Numbered from the stretch's first letter, positions 48,753-55,513 are shown. The stretch: DNA of 64,000 bases from Clostridia bacterium (GCA_045661145.1 JAZRFC010000087.1:4431-68430); one strand, 5' to 3'. A program made the numbers and translations. Notes: generated from the letters alone by a model not told the origin.

Positions 48753-49825
48753 TGAATTGTTGTGAAAAGTGTTTTAAGGATATTGAAATCAAAGCCATCA
48801 TAAAGACGCAAGGAAAAAAAGGAAATTGTGATTTTTGTGGGAGCAAAAATACATATATTTCAAATGTTTCAGAGAGTTTGGAAATAAAAGAAAACTTTGA
48901 ACGGTTAATAGATGTATATTCGTCAGAAAGTAGTAGACCAGAGGCATTTCCAAAAGAAAAAATGGATTTGTTAAAAAATATTCTGGCATATAAATGGAAT
49001 ATTTTTAATTTACAACCAGATGCTATATATAGATTTTTGACAACGCTTCTTCCAGAAAGATATATGGAACAACCTGAAATTTTTGACAATCCAGTAGGTA
49101 TATTCGAAGAGATTAATGATGATTATTTGGGAGAGTATTCAATTTTAGGAAAACATCAATGGGAAGATTTCGTTACAGAAATAAAAGAAAAAAATAGATT
49201 CCATACCAATATAATAAATAAGGATGTTTTATCAAAAGTTTTACAAGCCTCATTTAAGGTATATAAAAAGGGAACAATATTTTATAGAGCAAGAACTTGT
49301 CAGGATGAAAGAGGGTATACTAAAAATGAGATGTGGGCGCCACCACCACAAATGGCCTCTAGTGGAAGAGCGAACCCTGAAGGAATTAGTTGTTTGTATT
49401 TGGCTGATTCTATTGACACAACCTTGCACGAAATCAGAGCTGGTATATACGATTATGTAACTGTTGGTAGGTTTGTTTTACAAAGAGATATAGAAGTTGT
49501 TAATTTAGCAGATATAGATAAGATAAGTCCATTCAAGGATTTAGATATTAGCTTGATTGCTGCGAACATTCCTCATTTAATTAAGATCGGACAAAACATA
49601 GCTAAGCCATTAAGAAGATATGATAGTGCTTTAGATTATTTGCCTACGCAGTATATATGTGATTATATTAAGAGTGAAGGGTTTTCAGGTATAGAGTATA
49701 AAAGTACGATGCTAAATGCTGGAACTAATTATGCGATATTTAATGAGAATCTATTTAAGTGCACCAAGACGGAGGTTTACGAGGTGCAATCATTAAACTA
49801 TGGCTATCAATCGGTTCTAAAGTAA
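48752..49825 (+). CDS. RES-domain protein (putative NAD+-targeting toxin) with N-terminal CxxC...CxxC zinc ribbon (HEPN/RES-NTD1-like)
   Basis: N-terminus CCEKCF...GNCDFCG. RES core FYRAR...SGRANPEGISCLYLADSIDTTLHEI (Arg, Glu) and YLPTQYICDYIKSEGFSGIEYKSTM...NYAIFN (Ser). ATGA start/stop overlap with the upstream gene. Confidence 0.8.
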   Translation: MNCCEKCFKDIEIKAIIKTQGKKGNCDFCGSKNTYISNVSESLEIKENFERLIDVYSSESSRPEAFPKEKMDLLKNILAYKWNIFNLQPDAIYRFLTTLLPERYMEQPEIFDNPVGIFEEINDDYLGEYSILGKHQWEDFVTEIKEKNRFHTNIINKDVLSKVLQASFKVYKKGTIFYRARTCQDERGYTKNEMWAPPPQMASSGRANPEGISCLYLADSIDTTLHEIRAGIYDYVTVGRFVLQRDIEVVNLADIDKISPFKDLDISLIAANIPHLIKIGQNIAKPLRRYDSALDYLPTQYICDYIKSEGFSGIEYKSTMLNAGTNYAIFNENLFKCTKTEVYEVQSLNYGYQSVLK

Positions 49826-49877
49826 GCATATAATCTTTACAAATGGAATAACCCAATACATAAGTTAATATTTACAG

Positions 49878-49914
49878 AATCCGACATGCCTCTCAATGAT
49901 GACCATGTCGGGTT
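49878..49914 (+). terminator. Hairpin terminator candidate after the RES gene
   Basis: AATCCGACATG...CATGTCGGGTT stem with a 15-nt loop, followed by ATTT. Confidence 0.45.
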
Positions 49915-49937
49915 ATTTACTAACTAATTATAGAAAT

Positions 49938-50201
49938 ATCACCGATTTTGTCACCGATAATGTCACCAATAGAAAAAACTGTCACCGTTAGGGTGACAGA
50001 TAAGGATAGCTTCTTAAAAAATAGATTAAAGATTGGTGAACCCCAATTTGGACCCCAAAATGAACCCTAAAATTGTATGTGTTGTTGATAAAATTTAAAA
50101 GGTTTACAAGTGAACTGAGGCTTGTTGCATCGTTGGAGATTTTATAGTAAACTTTCATGTAAAGGAATACAACAACAAAATGTCCTATTAAATGTCCCAA
50201 T
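49938..50201. repeat. Three clusters of 12-nt-period tandem repeats in a non-coding gap
   Basis: Set A 49938-49973 (ATCACCGATTTT/GTCACCGATAAT/GTCACCAATAGA). Hairpin CTGTCACC-gttag-GGTGACAG at 49979-49999. Set B 50038-50073 (GAACCCCAATTT/GGACCCCAAAAT/GAACCCTAAAAT). Set C 50178-50201 (AAATGTCCTATT/AAATGTCCCAAT). Confidence 0.7.
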
Positions 50202-50421
50202 AAAATTTGGATAATTACTGAGAGATGGACTCTTGTTTGTGGATGTTACTCATAAGGAGATTGATCGTGTCATGCAAGTTGCTTTTTTAATGAAATTTGA
50301 CTACGACAAGTGAAATAGCTTCGCTGTGTAATACATTTCGTGTACGAAATATTGCTTTTCAATATGAAAAGGCGAAATTTATTCACATTTTTTGAAAGAA
50401 AAATATTTTATAATCCGCAGG

Positions 50422-50455
50422 ATTATTTCATATCAAACAAGTTGATATTTCATTA
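50422..50455 (+). repeat. 34-nt direct repeat, copy 1 (upstream of the Pycsar-like module)
   Basis: ATTATTTCATATCAAACAAGTTGATATTTCATTA is 31/34 identical to 53582-53615. Contains the palindrome ATATCAA..TTGATAT. Confidence 0.8.
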
Positions 50456-50570
50456 AATGTTTGAAATATAGTTTACCTTTCCTACATAAACAGAATAATT
50501 TGAATATTAAGAAGCTTTTTCGCAATTTTATTATTTTTCACAATTGACTTTTTTTGAGTTTTATATTAAA

Positions 50571-50867
50571 ATGAGAATAGAGGTGAAGGATGTGGATAAA
50601 TTAAATACTGTAAAGAAAATAATATCATATGTAAAACCCAAAATAGATTTATATCGAAGTTTTCCAGAGAAAGAGGAAGATATCATTCAATCTCTAACAA
50701 TAATTTTTGATATTAACTCAGAATGTTGGCCTAGAATAATTAAAGACGGAGTTTTTGTAGAATCTTTTAAAAAAGATATGGGGAAAGCTAGAATGACAGC
50801 TTTAGAAAAGTTACTGTATAAATTAGATGAGCAACATTATAAAAGAATCATGTTTATAAATGATTAA
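50571..50867 (+). CDS. Hypothetical protein (about 92-99 aa), first gene of the Pycsar-like module
   Basis: ORF downstream of TTGACT(50544)-17 nt-TAAAAT(50567). Start is ambiguous (ATG 50571, or GTG 50592 with GAGGTGA SD). No recognisable domain. Confidence 0.4.
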   Translation: MRIEVKDVDKLNTVKKIISYVKPKIDLYRSFPEKEEDIIQSLTIIFDINSECWPRIIKDGVFVESFKKDMGKARMTALEKLLYKLDEQHYKRIMFIND

Positions 50868-50963
50868 AAAAAGACACATACATGTTGTTTTAAGCATATA
50901 ATTATAAAGAGAGCACAGAACTAGGTTTAAGCATAGCACCGAGGTTCGTGAAAGGTTGAGATT

Positions 50964-51464
50964 ATGTTAAATACAATGATAATATATATAAATAAACTTG
51001 CTACAGAAGCCAGAAGAGGATGTGAGCAAGAAAATGAGTTTTTAAAAGGTATGCGCAATCTTCAAGAAAATGAAATGCAGCAAGTTGTTGAATCGTTTGG
51101 CGGCAAATTGGAACAAATATCTGATGATTCAATGGAGAGTAATGCACTAATAAGCGGAACACAAGATAATTTTGTTATTAAATATAAAAATTATCATACT
51201 ATAGACATTCTACATGAGTTAGGGCACGCCTTTTTACATTTAGAAAAAAAGAAAAAAGAAAAACCCTTAGATGGAGATTATGGTTTAGATGAGACTTCTG
51301 CATCAGTTTTTGCAAGGGCTTTTTTGATGCCAGAGTATTTATTTTACAATGATGTTATTGAAAATTCTATAAATAGAATATGTGATATTCAGCACATTGC
51401 AGATATGTATAGTACTACATGTTCAGATGTAATAACTCGTGGTCGAGAATTAAATTTGTGGTAG
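50964..51464 (+). CDS. ImmA/IrrE-family (M78, DUF955) zinc metallopeptidase
   Basis: HEXXH motif in ILHELGHAFLH, followed by SASVFARAFLMPEYLF (the family's E..AN.FA..LLMP-like block). Confidence 0.75.
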   Translation: MLNTMIIYINKLATEARRGCEQENEFLKGMRNLQENEMQQVVESFGGKLEQISDDSMESNALISGTQDNFVIKYKNYHTIDILHELGHAFLHLEKKKKEKPLDGDYGLDETSASVFARAFLMPEYLFYNDVIENSINRICDIQHIADMYSTTCSDVITRGRELNLW

Positions 51465-51478
51465 GTTAGGGGATACAA

Positions 51479-52981
51479 ATGATTAAAATTACGGATATAC
51501 GAGAGAAGGCAAAATCTTATTCTGCTAAATACTATAGGAATTTATATGAGTATTCTGAAGAAAAATTATATATTTTTTTATCTATTGATATATGTGGATC
51601 TACTATTCTAAAAGCAAACAAGGAAAATAGATGGTTTGAAATAAATCGTATTTTATATAACTATGATTTTAATAGAATGAACTTCTGGAAATTAAATGGA
51701 GATGAAGTCCTTTATTACGAAGAATTTAATAACATAAGTCATTTAATAGAAATTATCAAAGAGGCATATAAACATATTAAAAATATGGAGTCTGCAATAA
51801 ATAGTAAAGAAAATAATTTTACAAATGAAATTGTGGGACTTAAGGGTACACTTTGGATAGCAAGAACTGATAAAAGCGATTCAAAAGATTTTGATAGTAT
51901 TCGATTAAAAAATGAAATAATTACGGAATACATAGGTTTAAGTGTTGATGAAGGATTTAGACTCACTCAAAAAGCATCCAAAAGTAAATTAGTAATTGAT
52001 CCTAAAATAGTACATTTATTAAATCAGTCATATTTAGTTTCAGAAAACCCTGATTTGAATTCCTCATTAAAAAAAATGGCATGTAAAGTGAGTAGCAAGG
52101 ATTATATAGATATTTTTACAAACATACGCTTTGTTGGATATACAAAACTGAAGGGGATATGGAAGGATAGAGGATATCCTGTTTTTTGGTATTTTGAAAA
52201 TAAAGATACAGATTATGAATATGATGAACATCTAGATCAAATGTATGTTGGAGACAAAATTAAAAGATGTTATTCTTTTTCGGATGAAAAAGTAAATATT
52301 CATATGGATTTGAATAAAATTTTTGAAAATGTCTCTTTGTCTAATGAAATCAAAAAAATCCTTGCAATTGCAAGTAAAAGTAAGCCACATAAATCAATTG
52401 ACAGTTTTGCTAGGTTATATTATTCTTGTGTTTGTGTAAATACTCATACAAATCATGTGTTGATTGCTAAACGAAGCGAAAAAAGACATCATTTAAAAAA
52501 TGTTTGGGAGTTTGGGATTTCTAAACATACATCGACACCAATTTCTATAGCAGAGGTCATAAAAAACGATTATAAAAATGAATTTGGTATAGATATTGAA
52601 GTTGTTACTGATGGAGAAAAGGAAAATAATATAATACCAATGCATTTTTGTACGATTTATCGCAAAGGGACAAAGCATAATAATATATTATGTTTTGCTA
52701 AAATAGTTGGTGGAGAGTATAAAGATGAAGACTTGATAAAGATTATAAGAAAAAATACTGATAAAAAAAGATATATTGATTTTAAGTTTATTGGTAAAAA
52801 TGATACTCAAAAGTTTGAGACAATTTCCATAGAAGATATTGAAAAAGATTCCATTATGGCAACAAATAACAAATCGAAAGCCTTTGGTGAAAACAGGGCA
52901 GTTATGTATTTTGCACAATCTGTCTCTGCTGCAATAAATTATTTCCAAGATGCTAGGAAGGAGAAAAAATGGTATGAATGA
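51479..52981 (+). CDS. Class III nucleotidyl cyclase (PycC-like) fused to a C-terminal degenerate Nudix-like (AGS-C-like) domain
   Basis: Cyclase blocks FLSIDICGST (metal Asp37), KLNGDEVLYY (Asp75), LKGTLWIA, GLSVDEGFRLTQKA, GYTKLKGIWKDRGYPVFWY. C-terminal aa 312-415: VLIAKRSEKRHHLKNVWEFG...NDYKNEFGI (Nudix-fold-like, catalytic Glu residues mostly absent). Confidence 0.75.
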   Translation: MIKITDIREKAKSYSAKYYRNLYEYSEEKLYIFLSIDICGSTILKANKENRWFEINRILYNYDFNRMNFWKLNGDEVLYYEEFNNISHLIEIIKEAYKHIKNMESAINSKENNFTNEIVGLKGTLWIARTDKSDSKDFDSIRLKNEIITEYIGLSVDEGFRLTQKASKSKLVIDPKIVHLLNQSYLVSENPDLNSSLKKMACKVSSKDYIDIFTNIRFVGYTKLKGIWKDRGYPVFWYFENKDTDYEYDEHLDQMYVGDKIKRCYSFSDEKVNIHMDLNKIFENVSLSNEIKKILAIASKSKPHKSIDSFARLYYSCVCVNTHTNHVLIAKRSEKRHHLKNVWEFGISKHTSTPISIAEVIKNDYKNEFGIDIEVVTDGEKENNIIPMHFCTIYRKGTKHNNILCFAKIVGGEYKDEDLIKIIRKNTDKKRYIDFKFIGKNDTQKFETISIEDIEKDSIMATNNKSKAFGENRAVMYFAQSVSAAINYFQDARKEKKWYE

Positions 52982-53501
52982 AAAACAAACGTTGAGAGAT
53001 ACACTTAATGTTATCAATGAATGGACAAGTAACTGTGATGTTAAGGTTTCTATAATATTGGCGATTTTTGGCGTGGTTTTTTCTGCATTTTTTTCATCAG
53101 ATTATGTAAAAATTTTTATTAAAATAATTAAAAAATGTTTTGATGATGTATCGTTATTTGAATGGATATACATAATTGCATTATTGGCTATTTTACTTGC
53201 AATCATAATAGGTTTTTGGAAACTAATAAGAGTATTGTTGCCAACAATAAATACGGATAAAGAATCTCTAATGTTTTTTGGTGGAATTTCAAAATATAAA
53301 ACACCAGATGAGTATTATAATAAGGTTAAAAATTATTCTGATGACAAGGTTTGTGAAGATTTGATATATCAAATTTATGCGGCCGCAAAGATTTGCACAC
53401 AAAAATTTAAGAATCAAAAAATTGGGCTTTACTGTCTTACCTTTGGAAGCTTTATTTTTGTGATTTGGTGTGTTATAGGATGTTTTGTGTTTTATATGTA
53501 A
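52974..53501 (+). CDS. Small 3-TM membrane effector, PycTM (DUF5706)-like
   Basis: 175 aa. TM segments VSIILAIFGVVFSAFF, IYIIALLAILLAIIIGFW and LYCLTFGSFIFVIWCVIGCFVF. Soluble block SLMFFGGISKYKTPDEYY...IYQIYAAAKICTQKFK resembles the Pycsar effector family. 8-nt overlap with the cyclase gene. Confidence 0.65.
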   Translation: MNEKQTLRDTLNVINEWTSNCDVKVSIILAIFGVVFSAFFSSDYVKIFIKIIKKCFDDVSLFEWIYIIALLAILLAIIIGFWKLIRVLLPTINTDKESLMFFGGISKYKTPDEYYNKVKNYSDDKVCEDLIYQIYAAAKICTQKFKNQKIGLYCLTFGSFIFVIWCVIGCFVFYM

Positions 53502-53581
53502 ATAGGATAAATTGTTAGGTACCTATTTCGTACAAGAGAGCCAGAAAACATTGGTTTTATATTTCGCAATTTACGAAGTAA

Positions 53582-53615
53582 ATTATTTTATATCAACGAA
53601 GTTGATATTTCATTA
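53582..53615 (+). repeat. 34-nt direct repeat, copy 2 (downstream of the Pycsar-like module)
   Basis: ATTATTTTATATCAACGAAGTTGATATTTCATTA with perfect 8-bp palindrome arms ATATCAAC/GTTGATAT. Confidence 0.8.
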
Positions 53616-53616
53616 T

Positions 53617-53644
53617 GAAAATGCCAGACAGTGTTTGGCATTTT
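53617..53644 (+). terminator. Terminator-like hairpin
   Basis: AAAATGCCAGA-cagtg-TTTGGCATTTT. Confidence 0.5.
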
Positions 53645-53676
53645 ATGTTGCATCTATTATGAACGTGAAAGCCACC

Positions 53677-53706
53677 AAAAAAGCAAGTCGTAAGGCTTGC
53701 TTTTTT
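53677..53706 (+). terminator. Rho-independent terminator near the right edge of the island
   Basis: AAGCAAG-tcgtaagg-CTTGCTT followed by TTTT. Confidence 0.55.
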
Positions 53707-53824
53707 GTGTTCATACCATATAACTGCAAATAAAAAATATTATATCACCAATGAAATTACTTTTTTGTTATGTAAAAATTGCAATACTGAAAAAGGTGTG
53801 ATATAATAAAATTGGTGATGGATT

Positions 53825-55513
53825 ATGAAAAAATTATTATTCGGAGGAACAGTTATAAATGTTTTTACCGATGAAACGGAAAAGGCAAATGTCCTTATAG
53901 AGGACGGCAAAATTATCGGTGTAGGACAGTATGCTCCTGATGAAGCCGATTTGCTGGAGGATGTTACGGACAAGTACATCTGCCCCGGCTTTATTGATGG
54001 ACATATTCATATCGAAAGCACAATGCTTACACCTGCGGAGCTTGCAAAACTCTGTCTGCCTCACGGCACAACGGCAATTGTGGCAGACCCCCACGAAATT
54101 GCAAATGTCTGCGGAATAAAGGGCATAGAGTATATGCTTGAGGTAAGCCGGAAAATTCCTATGAATGTGTATTTTATGCTTCCGTCCTGCGTGCCTGCTA
54201 CACCATTTGACGAATCGGGCGCAGAATTGTATGCAGAGGATATAAAACCGCTGTATAAGAATCCCCGTGTTGCAGGACTTGCAGAAATGATGAACTATCC
54301 CGGTGTCGTTTTCGGGGATAAATCCGTGTGGGCAAAAATAAATGATGCCGTGAAGCAGGGAAAAACAGTAGACGGTCACGCTCCTTTCTTGTCGGGAAAG
54401 GACCTTGATAAGTATGTGTCTGCAGGTATCAGCAGCGACCACGAATGTTCAGATATAGCAGAAGCTCTTGAAAAAATCAGAAAAGGGCAGAAAGTTATGA
54501 TACGGCAGGGCACGGCAGCAAGAAATCTTGTGGATTTACTGCCTCTTTTTGAGGAGCCTTACAACCGAAGATGCCTACTTGTAACGGATGACCGACATCC
54601 TGCAGATTTAATGAATGAGGGGCATATTGACAATATCATACGCCTTGCGGTAAAGCACGGAAAATCTCCAATTACTGCAATCAGAATGGCTAGCTTGCAG
54701 GCGGCAGAGCATTTTGGTATCCCTTATGTAGGTGCAGTTGCACCCGGGTACAGAGCAGATTTGTTGGTTCTTAACGACCTTGACACAGTAGATGTGGAGG
54801 ATGTTTACTCCAATGGTGAAAAAGTTGTTTCTCACAAGGAAACAGTAAAATTTTCCTGCCCTGAGATAAGTGAAGAGCTTCAGGAAATTGTACTGAATTC
54901 ATTCCACGTGAAAGAACTTACCTCCTCTGATTTTCACATTGAGGAAAAAGGGGAAAAATGCCGTGTCATAGAAATTATCCCAGGTCAGCTTATTACAAAA
55001 GAAAAGATAATGGAAATTAATTGGAACGAAAATAACGGCATTGATACCCAAAGAGATATATTGAAACTTGCCGTAATTGAAAGACATAAAAATACGGGGC
55101 ATATCGGACTCGGATTTATAAACGGAATCGGCATGAAAAGCGGTGCCATGGCATCGTCCGTGTCCCACGACTCCCACAATATTATTGTTATTGGCACTAA
55201 TGATAATGATATGGTGATTGCGGCAAATTACATTCGCAAGTTTGGCGGCAATGTGGTAGTGGAAAATGGAAATATAATTGCAGAAATGGCACTTCCTATT
55301 GCAGGTCTTATGACTGACCTTTCGGGGGAGGAAATAGCACGGGCAAATGAAAATGTACGGAAAGCCGTGTATAATTTCGGCGTACCGCAGGAAATAGAAC
55401 CATTTATGAATATGGCGTTTGTAAGCCTTTCTGTAATTCCGTCATTAAAAATGACAACTCAAGGGCTTGTGGATGTTGACAAGCAGGAGAGAATATCACT
55501 TTACTTTGACTGA
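53825..55513 (+). CDS. ade: Adenine deaminase
   Basis: 562 aa. PGFIDGHIHIESTML, HGTTAIVADPHEIANV and SHDSHNIIVIG motifs. Confidence 0.92.
   Translation: MKKLLFGGTVINVFTDETEKANVLIEDGKIIGVGQYAPDEADLLEDVTDKYICPGFIDGHIHIESTMLTPAELAKLCLPHGTTAIVADPHEIANVCGIKGIEYMLEVSRKIPMNVYFMLPSCVPATPFDESGAELYAEDIKPLYKNPRVAGLAEMMNYPGVVFGDKSVWAKINDAVKQGKTVDGHAPFLSGKDLDKYVSAGISSDHECSDIAEALEKIRKGQKVMIRQGTAARNLVDLLPLFEEPYNRRCLLVTDDRHPADLMNEGHIDNIIRLAVKHGKSPITAIRMASLQAAEHFGIPYVGAVAPGYRADLLVLNDLDTVDVEDVYSNGEKVVSHKETVKFSCPEISEELQEIVLNSFHVKELTSSDFHIEEKGEKCRVIEIIPGQLITKEKIMEINWNENNGIDTQRDILKLAVIERHKNTGHIGLGFINGIGMKSGAMASSVSHDSHNIIVIGTNDNDMVIAANYIRKFGGNVVVENGNIIAEMALPIAGLMTDLSGEEIARANENVRKAVYNFGVPQEIEPFMNMAFVSLSVIPSLKMTTQGLVDVDKQERISLYFD

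Larger units (their letters stand above)
43848..53720 (+). mobile_element. AT-rich integrative island adjacent to tRNA-Arg: serine recombinase module plus two defence-like modules (boundaries approximate)
   Basis: Abrupt compositional drop. Spot counts on single 60-nt lines give about 28% G+C at 47161 against about 50% at 12061. A large serine recombinase sits at the tRNA-proximal end. Housekeeping genes (rpmF/tRNA; ade) flank both sides. Confidence 0.65.

Noticed and set aside
46719-49825. Interpretation as a classical two-gene Xre-RES toxin-antitoxin pair.
   Set aside because: The XRE protein is only a 68-aa bare HTH without the C-terminal antitoxin domain. It is separated from the RES gene by two translationally coupled genes of 282 and 313 aa. 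The operon is therefore not a canonical Xre-RES module.
49988-50200. 70-aa minus-strand ORF in the gap between the two defence modules.
   Set aside because: It has a TTG start and no SD. Its sequence is largely the translation of 12-nt tandem repeats. It is kept as a repeat or possible pseudogene observation, not as a gene.
49938-50201. Possible CRISPR array suggested by the short tandem repeats.
   Set aside because: The repeat units are only 12 nt and directly abutting, with no unique spacers. No cas genes are in the window.
53512-53733. 73-aa plus-strand ORF after the PycTM-like gene.
   Set aside because: It runs through the 34-nt direct repeat and two terminator hairpins. It has no SD and its composition is unconvincing.
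53502-53824. Search for a direct repeat of the tRNA-Arg 3' end (attR) at the right edge of the island.
   Set aside because: No convincing match to TTCGATTCCGGTCGGGGGTGCCA was seen by eye. This is expected for serine-recombinase elements, so the right boundary is left approximate.
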